Shown here piece by piece: positions 32,168-43,618 of a stretch of 64,000 nucleotides of DNA. Below the pieces are notes generated by a model. That model did no database searches, had not been told where the DNA came from, and saw only the letters and a list, made by a program, of their open reading frames with translations. Origin of the DNA: Tubiluchus corallicola. Taxonomy: Eukaryota; Animalia; Priapulida. Each line of letters opens with the position of its first letter. Within the stretch, counting starts at the first letter, position 1. The stretch spans positions 290,259-354,258 of the forward strand of contig JAQGDQ010000216.1 in NCBI GenBank assembly GCA_030141605.1. Direction: 5' to 3'. Position numbers and translations under genes: made by a program.

Positions 32168-34507
32168 TTACTGTTTTGCTTCCGGAAAAGCCTGATTTTT
32201 CCTGTTTCCAATAAAGAATTGAACTTTTTCTTCATTCCCTTGTTCATCTGTTACGAGAAGCTTGTGCCATCCTGCGTCAGTTTCTATTGCTTTTGAGTGT
32301 TTCCCAATGGTGTTTCCCAGGTATATATCATCAAGGTACCAGAACACATTTTTCTGGGGGGATGTGTGGGCTATTTTTGATATTAGTTTTTGGCTTTCCC
32401 CTCCGAAATCTCTTGGTATCCATATATATGAAGAGTCTTTGGGGTATATAAAGGTCATCTGTTTTGAGATTTTTCTATTTTCGCAGCTTGGGTTATGTTC
32501 AGGTGTGCCATCTAAAACTCTGCCACGGGCTTTTAGCTGATGTAACACATCGGGCGGGTATGATAGTATCTTTTTTTCGTAGTACCCTTTTCCCCAGCAG
32601 TATGAGCACACCGAGTACTTTTCTTCTCTATCTACATATACTGCTTTGTGGAAAGGGCAGAGTCTAAGTGGCTGCATATAAATAGGTACGTCGACCTGTT
32701 CTTTTTCCGGGCAGTTCTGTCCTGCAAGGAACCCGGTTTTTTTACAGATGTTGATTTGAGCAAAGTCATCGTAGTTTTTATTGAACCGGTATGATCCTTT
32801 ATTGGGGAGGTTGTTGAGTATATCGAATAGCAGTGATCCGGCACTGACTGTTCCCGATAGCCTGGGATTTCCTTCTCCATCGAAGTTACCTACCCAAACA
32901 GCTATTGTCCACTCCGGTAAGACACCTATTGCCCATGCATCTTTGTGTCCATAGCTTGTTCCTGTTTTCCATGCGATTGGTTTTTGATGTTGATATTTTC
33001 TCCAGTTGTATTCCACTCCCGGCCTTTTTAGGTCTCTAAGCGCTTGCAATGTTATATAGCATGCTCCCGGGCTTATCAACTGCTGTGCATTTGTCCGCAT
33101 CATTACCGAGTCTTGATCCCGGTATATGATTGGCGTAAAGACTCCTCTATTTGCCAATCCTCTGTAGAGCTTGGTCATGTCTAACAGGTTCACTTCTGCC
33201 CCTCCTATTATTAAAGGCAGGCCGTACTCTTCTGCTTCTCTAAATAGTGTTGTTACTCCCGCTTCTTTGAGAAAGGTATAAAACTGGTATACTCCATATG
33301 TGTTTAGGAGCCTGACAGATGGCACATTCAGAGACTTTATTAATGACTCCTGTGCCGTTACTATGCCGTTAAACTTTTTATCGGCATTGCTTGGTGAGAA
33401 TGCGTTAAAGTAGGTTGGCACATCTTTTATTAGTGTTTTTGGTACTATTATTCCCTCGTCAATAGAGAGTCCATATAAGAAGGGTTTTAAGATTGAACCT
33501 GACGAGCGGGGCGCTACTACTCCATTGACCTGGCCTAATGCATCGAAGTCAAAGAAATTCTGTGACCCCACATAGGCTTTTATTTTTCCGGTTTTTGTTT
33601 CTGTAACCAATACGGCAGCGTTTTTTATCCCTTCATTGCGGATTTTTTTTACATGTAGCCTGGTGAGCTCCTGCACACGGTTTTGCAGGCCTAGGTTTAA
33701 GGTTGTCCTGATTGTTTTTTGCCTCGGATACCTGTTTTTCACATATCGTGAAAAGTGTGGTGCGGCAAGGTCAAAGGGGTAGATTTTATAAGGTATTGGT
33801 TCCAATACGGCAAGTTCAAATATTTTTTTGTCAATTACACCTTTCTTTAACAGTTTACTCAGAAGCCTATCTCTTTTTTCTTTTACCTGTTTATTGTTTC
33901 CGGAGGGGAATATTATTCCTGGTGCGTTTGGCAAAATAGCCAGTGTGGCGGCTTCTGCCCAGCTCAGTTCTTTCGGTTTTTTCTCAAAATATCTGTATGA
34001 TGCTGCCTGGTAGCCCTTAATGTTTGCTCCGTACGGGGCGTGGTCCAGGTAGAGTTTTAGTATTTCATCTTTTGTGTAATGTACTTCTATTTTTACGGCC
34101 TGGCATATCTCCTTTATTTTGCTCCAGTAGTTTCTTTTATTCGCACTTCTCAAGCGTGCAACCTGCATAGTGATAGTGCTTGCTCCGCTAACCACTCTTT
34201 TTTGGGACAGGTTCTGTTTTATTGCCCTTAAGATTGAAGCGGGGTTAAATCCGGGGTGGTAGTAGAAGTGCTTATCTTCAAACAGAAGTACCGCTTCCTG
34301 TAGTTTGCGAGGTACGCTATCCTCCGCTCTGGGAGGCAGGCACCACTGTTCATTTTCATTCAGAAAGACCCTTAATATTTTCCCTTGCTCATCGGTAACA
34401 ACTACGCTGTAATCGGTTTTAAAAAGCGGGGGAGGGAAGGGTTTTATTAAATAAAACACAACCAGTAAGACCAAGGCTACAAAAAGCCTGATACTCCATC
34501 TCTTCAC
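32168..34507 (-). CDS. pbpC: Penicillin-binding protein 1C
   Basis: Transglycosylase motifs EDKHFYYHPG, SGASTITMQ; transpeptidase SGSILKPF, SLN, KTGTS; directly downstream of alpha-2-macroglobulin. Confidence 0.95.
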   Translation of the reverse strand: MKRWSIRLFVALVLLVVFYLIKPFPPPLFKTDYSVVVTDEQGKILRVFLNENEQWCLPPRAEDSVPRKLQEAVLLFEDKHFYYHPGFNPASILRAIKQNLSQKRVVSGASTITMQVARLRSANKRNYWSKIKEICQAVKIEVHYTKDEILKLYLDHAPYGANIKGYQAASYRYFEKKPKELSWAEAATLAILPNAPGIIFPSGNNKQVKEKRDRLLSKLLKKGVIDKKIFELAVLEPIPYKIYPFDLAAPHFSRYVKNRYPRQKTIRTTLNLGLQNRVQELTRLHVKKIRNEGIKNAAVLVTETKTGKIKAYVGSQNFFDFDALGQVNGVVAPRSSGSILKPFLYGLSIDEGIIVPKTLIKDVPTYFNAFSPSNADKKFNGIVTAQESLIKSLNVPSVRLLNTYGVYQFYTFLKEAGVTTLFREAEEYGLPLIIGGAEVNLLDMTKLYRGLANRGVFTPIIYRDQDSVMMRTNAQQLISPGACYITLQALRDLKRPGVEYNWRKYQHQKPIAWKTGTSYGHKDAWAIGVLPEWTIAVWVGNFDGEGNPRLSGTVSAGSLLFDILNNLPNKGSYRFNKNYDDFAQINICKKTGFLAGQNCPEKEQVDVPIYMQPLRLCPFHKAVYVDREEKYSVCSYCWGKGYYEKKILSYPPDVLHQLKARGRVLDGTPEHNPSCENRKISKQMTFIYPKDSSYIWIPRDFGGESQKLISKIAHTSPQKNVFWYLDDIYLGNTIGKHSKAIETDAGWHKLLVTDEQGNEEKVQFFIGNRKNQAFPEAKQ

Positions 34508-34533
34508 CTAAATAAAAAATTATATTGTTCTTT

Positions 34534-37500
34534 CTATTTTATTACTTTAACTTTTTTACCTGCTTTGGTAGCTTTAAATGATTCGTTATACATAGCTTCA
34601 ACCAGTGTTGGCGCCAATTCGAACTCTCCAATTGTTACAGCATTTATTTTTACAATAAAGTCCAGTTTCTTCTTCTTCTCTATATTCTTATGTATGTCGA
34701 AGAACCACATAACTCTGTCGTCCCTGATATCAAGGTATTTTTCGTTATATAGGTTCATTCTTTCTGTCCATGCAGGCATTGACTCACCAGACAGGCGAGT
34801 GTTTTCTATTTCCCAGCCTGACGGTAATATCTGAACTAGAGCCACTTCGTCAACACGCTTTAGCGTGCTTATGTTTTCAACCTGGAAGTGTCCCCAAAAT
34901 GCTGTTCCCTGGTTAATCTGAGTAATATCGATTCCTTTCCCTTCCTCGTCATACCATTTTACATTTAATGAGAGGTTGCTATTTTCATCTTTTATATCAC
35001 TTTTAAAAGGAACTCCATCCCACGCAAGTGTGGTAAAGGCTTTTGCTACGTCCGATTTTTCATCGAGCGAAATCTGTATTGGTTTGCCAAAACCATTTTG
35101 TAATCTGTACGTGTAGGTTTTTTCCGTTTTAAAAGGCACTTCTGTGCCATCGGCAAATGTTATGTGCCCTTTTAGCTCTGCTTTTTCGCTTCCTTTTTGC
35201 AGTGCTGTTATGTATTTCCCAATCCCCAACAGGGTGTAGCCGATGGTTTGTGTGGAGTACCAATCGCTTGCTGATATGTATTTTGATATGTCTCGCGCCA
35301 ACTCTTCTGCCTGCTCCATTTTATTTAGAGAAACGAGTGCGTCCAGAATCATGCCCTTGTCTCTTAGCCCCGATCCGTAGGTGCCTGAGAACTCCTGATA
35401 GTTGTCGGTTTCCATACCTGCATCTTTGACAATTTCACTGACTTTATCGGGCAGTCCTGCCAAATGGTATGATGCTGCCAACAGCCATTTCTGAACATTG
35501 TTCATTTTGTGCAGTCTGTTCTCTCTCAATAGGTTCATTTCACTATTTGCCGGTTTTCCAGCCAGCGCAAGAGTGTAAGCTCTGTATACTCTTGAGGTTA
35601 AGTTTCCACTACCCTGACGGGCCATTTTGCTTGTGTATCCTAACCAGTTTCTATACAGGTCTTCTGTGACATGGTATCCCAGTTTTTTTGCTTCTACCAT
35701 AAAGTGTCCTCCATAAAGTGTTCCCCATTCAGAGGGGGTATCTTCATAGGGCCAGTAACTAAATCCCCCGGAGAATATCTGAAATTTGCGTAACTGCTGA
35801 ATTCCTGCATTGATGTTTTTGTCTATATCTTTTGTGTCGGCTTCCGAGTAATCTACAAACTGTTTGATGTATAGCTGCGGGAACACTGATGATGTTGTTT
35901 GCTCTATGCAGCCGTAAGGGTAGTGGATCAGATATTTTAGTCTGTGGTCGATACTTATTCCGGGATAATTTGAAATCGTTATGGTTGCTCTATTGGTGCC
36001 TTTTAATCCATCATCCGGCACGTATAGAGTGGCTGTTTTACCTGATTCAACACTGCTATTAAATGATTTATATATTCTTGGTGATGCCGGTCTGACATAC
36101 AGGTCTACCAGGTATTCTGCCTTATGTTTTGCTGACCTTGCTCTTATTTTTACTTTAGTTTGCCCTACCTGCTCTTTGGCTTTTATGGTAAAGTAGCACT
36201 CTTTATCGTCAGCTTTTTTAAACTGCATCTTTCGGCTGTCTGCTCCTTCTATTTCCAGGAGCTCTTCTGTAGCTATATCTACCTCTACATTACCTATTCC
36301 ATCTTCCATTGCAAATACCGATACAGGAACGGTAAACTTTTCTCCTGGCCCTATCACGCGTGGCAGTGTGGGCATTACCATTAATTCCGACTTTACCGGT
36401 ACTCTTTTTTCCGCTTTGGCATAGCTCTTTTTTCTTGCACCTATCACCATTATTCTTACTGATCCCACATAGTTTGGCATATCAAACCTAACAACAGCTT
36501 TCCCACTTGCATCTGTGTCAACAGGGCCTTTAAATAGGCTTACAGGTTTAAACCTTCGCTGTCGTTTTTTGTTACCTAGCTGCGACTCTCTGTAGTCCAT
36601 ATCTCCTCCTATTGAGAAGGTTTTAAAGACATCTCCCTTATTTGCTGATATAATGTGGGAGAAGAGGTCAAATGTCCGGGTTTCCAATCGTACTTTAGAA
36701 AAGAAGTGTGGCCACGGGTCAGGGGTTTTGAAGTTTGTGATGTCCAGCAGTCCTTCATCTACTACAGCAATGGTAAACTGGGTTGGCTCCCGGTCTTTTG
36801 TTTGTAATGTGATTTCAAATGGTTTTTCTGGGAGGAATTTAGTCGCTGTTTTTATTTCAATTTCGTGTTTGGAATCTCTGTTTTCAACCAATATGGGTAG
36901 TATGCCAAACATTCTAATAGGCCTGTCATTTTCTGTTTGTTTGTGCGGCTGTATAAGCGATACCGTGATATATGCATTGGGTACCATTTTTTCTGTAGCG
37001 GGTATTTTAACTTCAGTCAGGTCTTCTCCTTTTGGTGATACCCATGTGTTGTACAGTATTTCTCCTCCTTTTTCAACAGTTATCAGAGCTATTCCCTCTT
37101 TTGGGGCAGGGAATTGAACTTTGATATGCTCATTTGTGTAGTACTTGTTCTTTTGGGAGCTTAGTTCCAGTGTGCCAGCACTTTTATCTTCCCCACCTGA
37201 GCTACCGTATTTATAGGCTGTTACAAAGATACCTGACGTGTGTCCCGTTCCTTCTTCATCGGTTACTTCAATTAAAAATGTGCCACGTTCTATTGGCAAG
37301 AATTTTATGATACTATGTGTTGTTTTGGAGTTGACACTCCCTTCTCCTATCAACACTGTGTTTTTATCTGATTTAAAGCGTAGTTTTTTATCGTATTGCC
37401 ACCACCAATGCTCAGTGTTTCGGTATATTCGATATTTCAGTGATCTTCCTGCCACAGGTTTTCCTTCAGGCGTAACAATAATAGCCGGTACTTCAAGGTT

Positions 37501-39966
37501 GCTCCCTGTCGGTATGTAGTGGTACTTTGGCGGTTGTATTCCTACGTAGTGGGAGTATGGTTCATATGGTAAGAATGAGATGTTTTCGTTTGGTCTGCCC
37601 CCTTTTTCCATGACCTTACCGGTTACTTTTACCATTAGTGCTGATGGTGCGTTTGAGACATCTGGCAGGTTCCACTCGGTAAGTTTTTTCCCGTTATTAT
37701 CAAGTTCTCCTTCAAATATTGTTTGCTCAATAGGCTGAAAATCGACACTGGGATTTGTAAATACAAAGCTATCATACTTTTTGAATCTCTTTTTTATGCT
37801 AAATATTTCTGTGTCAATCCGGGCTTTAAGTCCGGCAGCAGGATTTCCGAACAGGTAAGTGCTGCTCAAGTCCAAATTGAAGGTTGTCTTGTTCCACGCA
37901 ATAAACTGCTGCTCCGGCTCAATTTTAATTTTTAAGCGGTACGGGACAACCGTTTCAATTTTTATTGTATGGGTAAACTCTTTATTACCAATACGAAACA
38001 CTGCTCTCCAGTTTCCTGTCGGATCGGACTCTTTTGTCTGTACTTTAAAGTTGTAAAATCCATCCTTGCTTTGCTTGTTTGTTACTTCATATATTTTTTT
38101 ACCTTGCGGATTGATCATTTCAATTGTGAGAGGGTGATTTCTTGGGTAGCTTCGTTTGGTAAAGCGGGCTATTATTGAGATGTTTATCTCGTCACCAGGT
38201 CTGTACACACCTCTTTCTGTATATGTGTATGCTTTGATGCCTGAGTTATGCTCACTGATTCCCCCGGTGTCAAATCCTGATGTGTTCCACTCCATATCAT
38301 TAGGCTTTATGACACTTTGCTGGCCATCTTTTTCTGCTGTTATGTAGTAGTTGAAATATCTTTCCCCGTACAGTGTTGCTATTCCATCACTGTCTGTGTT
38401 TGCTGTTGATTTTGTATCGCCATAGATTGATATTAGTTTGACTCTTACTCCCTGCATGGGTTTTGCTGTAGCGATGTCTGTTGCGTATACTTTATAGTTG
38501 TTTTTTATTTTCTTGCATGTCAGTCCTATATCGCTAAAGAGCAGCGGTTTATAGATTTGTCCGTATTTTTCTATGTATTTATCGTAGTTCCCGCTTTCTA
38601 TTTCTGTCAGCATATCTCGCGGGTTAAAGTTCAGGCGCACCAAGTAGAGCCCTTTGTGATTTTTACGGATCAACTTTGATAAGTCTATTTCATTTAGTTT
38701 CCATACGTTTTTTTCTTCGCCTATTTCAAAGGTCTCATTGTGCACTATAACTCCTACCTGGTTGACGTATTTTGCATTAAAGGGAGCTTTTCTATCAGAC
38801 AGGCTTTTCAGCTGTTCATTTCTCAAAAACTTCGGGATACTATTTGCATACACTTTTTTTACTTCAACATGGACTCTTTTTAAGTTGTTTGTGTGAAACT
38901 GAAGCCTATACTGGTTTCCACTGGGCAGAAAAATACCACTGGATGCAAATTCTACCTGTGGCTCCATATTTGCGAAGGTTATCTTTTGGGTATATTTCTT
39001 TTCTGTTACTGTCCCCCATCTATTTTTTATTCCTTTTTCAACTATTAGTTTATAGTTTTCTCCAGCCCGGAAATTCCCGTCTATTATTAGGGAGCTTCCC
39101 ATTCTTTGAATTTTCAGGTTTGATACCGGGATTGTTTTTATTAGCCCGTCAATGTTTTGCTCGGGGTCAAATTCATCAGAGAAGTGCAGCCTTATTTTAG
39201 GGGATTTTCCCTTATCTTCTCTACTTACCTTAGTCAGTTCCATTGATCCTAATGGGCTGATTTCAAAAGATTTTTTAAAGTTTTTTGGTAAGCCTGTCTT
39301 TTTTTTACGTATGGTAAGTGTATAGTTGTCTGTGCTGCTTTTGCGAAGCAGATCACCCGATATATAGTTGAATGTTTTTCCATCTGGCTCTGCTGTTATT
39401 TTGACTTCAACTGCTTTTTTCCCTTTTTTTAGCTCCAGGGCTTTTTCGACTGTTTTCAGGTCAATTGATTCTGTAAAGCTGACTATCCCTATGTATTGCA
39501 ATATTTCTCTGTTATTGCTATTTTTCAAAATCAGTTTTCCATCGAATTTTGCAATTTCCCTTCCTGCAATTCTGAACCTAAATTCAATGGATCCCAAATT
39601 TTCATCTTTGAATTTCTCATTCAGTTCTGATAGAATCAGTTTTCCATTAAATGTTTTTCTATAGGGTAGGTCTCCTACAGGTCTAAATACTATTGTGTTT
39701 CTGCTTTTCCAGTATGCTACGCCTCTTATGGATGGCGAAATCTTAAAGGCCCCTTTTACTACACTGCCTACCTCTTCTGCTTCTACTACCGGTTCAATAA
39801 ATTGTACCTCTATTAAGTCACCACTTTGAATTTCTCCACTAGTTACTGTATTTACTATTTTTGCAACCTCTTCGGAGTATATTACATCTCCTTCTTTTTC
39901 TCTCTCTTTGCATGATATTAGCAGAACAGTCAGTACTGTGCACAAGATTAGCGCTGTTTTTCTCAT
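34534..39966 (-). CDS. Bacterial alpha-2-macroglobulin lipoprotein
   Basis: Lipobox LLISC; TERGVYRPG; AVVDEGLL; thioester motif YPYGCIEQ; PSGWEIEN; paired with pbpC. Confidence 0.95.
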   Translation of the reverse strand: MRKTALILCTVLTVLLISCKEREKEGDVIYSEEVAKIVNTVTSGEIQSGDLIEVQFIEPVVEAEEVGSVVKGAFKISPSIRGVAYWKSRNTIVFRPVGDLPYRKTFNGKLILSELNEKFKDENLGSIEFRFRIAGREIAKFDGKLILKNSNNREILQYIGIVSFTESIDLKTVEKALELKKGKKAVEVKITAEPDGKTFNYISGDLLRKSSTDNYTLTIRKKKTGLPKNFKKSFEISPLGSMELTKVSREDKGKSPKIRLHFSDEFDPEQNIDGLIKTIPVSNLKIQRMGSSLIIDGNFRAGENYKLIVEKGIKNRWGTVTEKKYTQKITFANMEPQVEFASSGIFLPSGNQYRLQFHTNNLKRVHVEVKKVYANSIPKFLRNEQLKSLSDRKAPFNAKYVNQVGVIVHNETFEIGEEKNVWKLNEIDLSKLIRKNHKGLYLVRLNFNPRDMLTEIESGNYDKYIEKYGQIYKPLLFSDIGLTCKKIKNNYKVYATDIATAKPMQGVRVKLISIYGDTKSTANTDSDGIATLYGERYFNYYITAEKDGQQSVIKPNDMEWNTSGFDTGGISEHNSGIKAYTYTERGVYRPGDEINISIIARFTKRSYPRNHPLTIEMINPQGKKIYEVTNKQSKDGFYNFKVQTKESDPTGNWRAVFRIGNKEFTHTIKIETVVPYRLKIKIEPEQQFIAWNKTTFNLDLSSTYLFGNPAAGLKARIDTEIFSIKKRFKKYDSFVFTNPSVDFQPIEQTIFEGELDNNGKKLTEWNLPDVSNAPSALMVKVTGKVMEKGGRPNENISFLPYEPYSHYVGIQPPKYHYIPTGSNLEVPAIIVTPEGKPVAGRSLKYRIYRNTEHWWWQYDKKLRFKSDKNTVLIGEGSVNSKTTHSIIKFLPIERGTFLIEVTDEEGTGHTSGIFVTAYKYGSSGGEDKSAGTLELSSQKNKYYTNEHIKVQFPAPKEGIALITVEKGGEILYNTWVSPKGEDLTEVKIPATEKMVPNAYITVSLIQPHKQTENDRPIRMFGILPILVENRDSKHEIEIKTATKFLPEKPFEITLQTKDREPTQFTIAVVDEGLLDITNFKTPDPWPHFFSKVRLETRTFDLFSHIISANKGDVFKTFSIGGDMDYRESQLGNKKRQRRFKPVSLFKGPVDTDASGKAVVRFDMPNYVGSVRIMVIGARKKSYAKAEKRVPVKSELMVMPTLPRVIGPGEKFTVPVSVFAMEDGIGNVEVDIATEELLEIEGADSRKMQFKKADDKECYFTIKAKEQVGQTKVKIRARSAKHKAEYLVDLYVRPASPRIYKSFNSSVESGKTATLYVPDDGLKGTNRATITISNYPGISIDHRLKYLIHYPYGCIEQTTSSVFPQLYIKQFVDYSEADTKDIDKNINAGIQQLRKFQIFSGGFSYWPYEDTPSEWGTLYGGHFMVEAKKLGYHVTEDLYRNWLGYTSKMARQGSGNLTSRVYRAYTLALAGKPANSEMNLLRENRLHKMNNVQKWLLAASYHLAGLPDKVSEIVKDAGMETDNYQEFSGTYGSGLRDKGMILDALVSLNKMEQAEELARDISKYISASDWYSTQTIGYTLLGIGKYITALQKGSEKAELKGHITFADGTEVPFKTEKTYTYRLQNGFGKPIQISLDEKSDVAKAFTTLAWDGVPFKSDIKDENSNLSLNVKWYDEEGKGIDITQINQGTAFWGHFQVENISTLKRVDEVALVQILPSGWEIENTRLSGESMPAWTERMNLYNEKYLDIRDDRVMWFFDIHKNIEKKKKLDFIVKINAVTIGEFELAPTLVEAMYNESFKATKAGKKVKVIK

Positions 39967-40208
39967 TGGGTATGATTTAATATAATATTATAGTACATTA
40001 CATTACATGTTAACAAAGTAAGGTTAAAACCTTAGCGAAACTTATTTTATTAATATTTATATCATTTTTTTTAAGAGTAATTTACTATCGATTTTTTTCT
40101 TAACCTGAGCCCAGTTGGGATATTTTTGCTTGTATAGCGCAGTGCTTAAATATTTGAATAAGTGCTATCCCTCCTGCTGCTTTTTGGTGTTCTAACCGGA
40201 TATAGTTT

Positions 40209-42065
40209 TTATTCTATAATTAAATTTCTGTTTTTAGGATATTTAACTGAGTATCTTAAATCAAATTCTTTTTTGTCATTTGGATTGAGATTAAACTCCC
40301 ATTTTATTTTACCTGTTTCGGGGTCATGTTTTGCGTTAGATAAGTTTTGGATCTTTACTTCTATTTCCTTTGTTGTTGAAACAGGAACCTGGTCAAGGAT
40401 AATCATATCAATTTTTTGGCTTTTGCTATTCCTTACTGTTATTTTCCATGCCATGCTATCTTCTTTTTTACTGCCAATAGATTGTTTATTTGTAAACTCT
40501 TTGATTTTTTCTCTATTTACAGATACTTTTTTATCTCGTCCTAACGATATTCCCAGAGTATCTGAAGCATATCTTACATCCAACAGGGCCTTGCCGATAT
40601 AGGTGTCTTCAAAAAATAGGTTGGCTTCTCCTTCAAGAAGGCTGTATTGTTCCCAGTCTGTGATATTTGCTATTAGGAAGGCATTTTTGTCAATTTTTGG
40701 TACACAATAGTATTGGTAGAATGCAGGGAGGTTATAGAACTCCATGTCTACTGTGTAGTTTTTATTATCTGATGCAATGGTGTATGGGGTTTTGATTTCA
40801 AAGTCAACTGTTGTCTGTTTTTCAACCTGGGCTGTAGGTATTGCTGAGCTGCTCACACTTTGTAGTTTTGTTTCCGATTCAGCTGAACTGTCAACAGCGT
40901 GCAGTGGCTCCATGTATTCCTTTTTCATTTTCAAGGTTGCAGTATGCCTGTTTCTACCATCAAGTGCGACATTCATTACTGCACCGGAAATCGGTAGGGT
41001 TTGAGGGTTAAACCCAATGCATGAATAGGTGAGTTGGATTGTGTGATTGGGAATTGTTATGGTGTAGTCTCCACCCTGGTCTGTTGTGGTACCTATTGTT
41101 GTGCCATGTACAACAACAGTTGCACCCGGTAATGGTTCTCCATAATTATCAGTTACTTTTCCACTTACATTATTAGCACCCGGTTTGTAGGTTGGCGGTA
41201 ATGTGTTATAACCCAGGAAGTGGGTTTTTAGTTCGGGAGCAACTCCTGATACATTTGGGTTAGCGGACGAAAGTTTAAGTTTTACATTTTTCCAGTCAAC
41301 TTTTGTGTTTTGCTTGACATTAGCTTTGTATATTAACTGAATCGGTTCGCTTATGTTTTTTGCTCGAATGTCGTATGAGGGAAACCATCCGGCATTATCG
41401 ACGATATATGAGATTTCAAATGAAAATATACCGGTTTTTTTAGTATCTACTTTAACCAGTATTTCTCCGGCAGGAATTTTTTTTTGGACAGTCAGAGCCC
41501 TGATTTGGTTTTGCAGGTCTGTTCTCTGATTATTAAGCTCTTTTATTGTTTTGTTATGTTCAATTTCCGATAGTTTCAGAGATGTTAGTTTTTCATTATA
41601 AAATTTTGATGTTTGCTGAAGGTTTGTAACACTGATTTGTTCATTTTTACCGCCAATGTTCCTGTTCTCGTGTAGGAAAGCCAATTCTTCCTTAATAACC
41701 GATAGGTGTGTGTATTCGATTTTCACCTTATTTTCAATCTCTTCAAGCCTGTTCTCCATATCCAGCAATTCTTTGGGTTTTTGGAGCTTGTCTAGGTAGT
41801 TTTGCTGGTGGTTTACTGATAAGATAGTTATTCCCCCTTCAGCTTTTACCTGAACGCTTTTGTGGTCAATGAAGGGGGAGAGGTTTATATATTTAAGTGT
41901 TGTGGTTCCTTTTGCCAGGTTAACATGTTTTTTCCTTACAATTTGAGCTCCTTCAATGAATATTGTTACATTGTCTATCCTAGTTTCGACTTCTTTTTCT
42001 GTTATTTCCTGTGAAAGCAGCTTGGTGAAAGCTAGGCAAAGGGCTAAAATACTTATTGTTTTCAT
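40209..42065 (-). CDS. DUF4140/DUF4139 (MuiA-like) protein with an inserted CarboxypepD_reg-like domain
   Basis: VTIFIEGAQI, AGWFPSYDIR, GEPLPGATVVV, VPKIDKNAFL, LLEGEANLFFE, DQVPVS. Confidence 0.85.
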   Translation of the reverse strand: MKTISILALCLAFTKLLSQEITEKEVETRIDNVTIFIEGAQIVRKKHVNLAKGTTTLKYINLSPFIDHKSVQVKAEGGITILSVNHQQNYLDKLQKPKELLDMENRLEEIENKVKIEYTHLSVIKEELAFLHENRNIGGKNEQISVTNLQQTSKFYNEKLTSLKLSEIEHNKTIKELNNQRTDLQNQIRALTVQKKIPAGEILVKVDTKKTGIFSFEISYIVDNAGWFPSYDIRAKNISEPIQLIYKANVKQNTKVDWKNVKLKLSSANPNVSGVAPELKTHFLGYNTLPPTYKPGANNVSGKVTDNYGEPLPGATVVVHGTTIGTTTDQGGDYTITIPNHTIQLTYSCIGFNPQTLPISGAVMNVALDGRNRHTATLKMKKEYMEPLHAVDSSAESETKLQSVSSSAIPTAQVEKQTTVDFEIKTPYTIASDNKNYTVDMEFYNLPAFYQYYCVPKIDKNAFLIANITDWEQYSLLEGEANLFFEDTYIGKALLDVRYASDTLGISLGRDKKVSVNREKIKEFTNKQSIGSKKEDSMAWKITVRNSKSQKIDMIILDQVPVSTTKEIEVKIQNLSNAKHDPETGKIKWEFNLNPNDKKEFDLRYSVKYPKNRNLIIE

Positions 42066-42248
42066 CTATTTATTGTGACCAGTTTTAACTGTTGTACGCA
42101 AAAGAAAGTAGTAACTTCAAAAGTAGTAACTTATTTTTAATTGAATACTATTATTTAAATATGCATAAGCTTCGTTGATGTTTATGTTGTGCATATTTTA
42201 TTAGTTCTTATTTTAGAATATCAATTTTCAGGTTGTTTTTCAATGTAT

Positions 42249-42374
42249 GGGTGTTTTTGCAGAATTCACCTTTTTTATTAGCATATTTTGTGAGAGTCTT
42301 TTTCAGTGTTTCCGGTTATACCAGCGGACTGAAAGTTTTCAATATTTTTTGATTTGTATTGCTTTGTGAGGCTG
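42249..42374 (+). repeat. Dispersed MITE-like repeat, degenerate copy G
   Basis: TTTTGCAGAATTCACCTTTTTTATTAGCATATTTTG...TCTTTTTCAG matches copy C. Confidence 0.45.
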
Positions 42375-43572
42375 TTTTAAGGTGTTTGTTTCAAGCAGAG
42401 GGGGCATAATTATAATACGAATGGTGCAAAAAAGTTAATTTACGCTAAATAATACGAATGGTTTTAAGTTATGAAAAGCGATTGTCTAAGGCTTTCGTTA
42501 ATGCATAGTAAAGGGTTGAAAATACCTTTAAGTAGTCCATAAGTACAATGAGATAAATAAATATCGATTTAAGCCATCCCCTAAAGGTGGTTTTTTTATG
42601 CTTAAGACTGGGTTGAAGACACCCCTGCTATTTAATCTTATGGAGTAGCAAAAAGGTGATTTGGGTACAGGGTTGGGCATAGTTTTAATATCATTTTTGA
42701 GATTGTTGACACCCTCACTTTGCAGTTTTTTTGCTTACTATGCTCGGACGGGTGCTTTACGGTAAAGTAAAGGTATGGCAAAGCAAAAAACATGCAAAAT
42801 AAATATTATTGCATAAATCCACTTTGTGTGTATGCTTTGTAGCCTATATAAAACGGAAGTGCAGGGTTTGATAACTGCACCTAGTTTAGTAGAGCATCTT
42901 TTGCTATAATACGGGTAGTGATTGGAGCAACAATATTTTCAAAGCCCCAGGTAGCTGTAATTTAATAATAAAAACAGATGAGCATTTTAAAGCTAACAAT
43001 AGACTGTACTACTACACTATCCAGTGGAAGGTATACCGCTATAGGGGAGGCAGGTTGCTGGCACAAGTAACATGGTTTTCGCAAAGTGAGCTATCATTTA
43101 GATAGTTTATGCCGATGGTACAATAAGAAGAGGCAGAAAAGAACATGAGCAAGGAGCAGACTGCAAATGATACAACAAAGATTCTTTAGGCGTAGCCTTT
43201 GTAGGTATTGATAGCTTTTCACTCCCGCAGCTTACCAACTTATTCAGGCTATTCACAGAGCTTTTAAAAAAAGTATAAGCGAGCCACTGTATATTGAGGA
43301 GTATAACGGGTTTAGCAGTAAACAGGGTATGCTCGGTTCCTCAAAAAACTATTAAAGCAATAGTAAAATGGAAAAAAACGTGCAAGGTTGCTTCTTTTTT
43401 TCAATGCCCTAAAAATGGAAGTACCCATTTTTAAACTATTCATAGGTTTTAGTTGCGGCTTAGCTGTGTGTGTACTGTTTGTTCTAAAGCAGGTGCTATA
43501 AAAGTATGGAAGGAGAAGAGGGTTTATGGTTGCATAGATTTTTTCCTCATTTGGCAGAAAGCTAAAAAAGAT

Positions 43573-43580
43573 TACATTTG
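43573..43580 (+). promoter_or_regulatory. -7 box (TACATTTG) with TTG 19 bp upstream
   Basis: TAnnTTTG 38 bp before the start at 43619; TTG at 43551-43553. Confidence 0.6.
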
Positions 43581-43618
43581 CACTGTTCTGGACAAAATTT
43601 ATAGAAAAAAAAATAATC

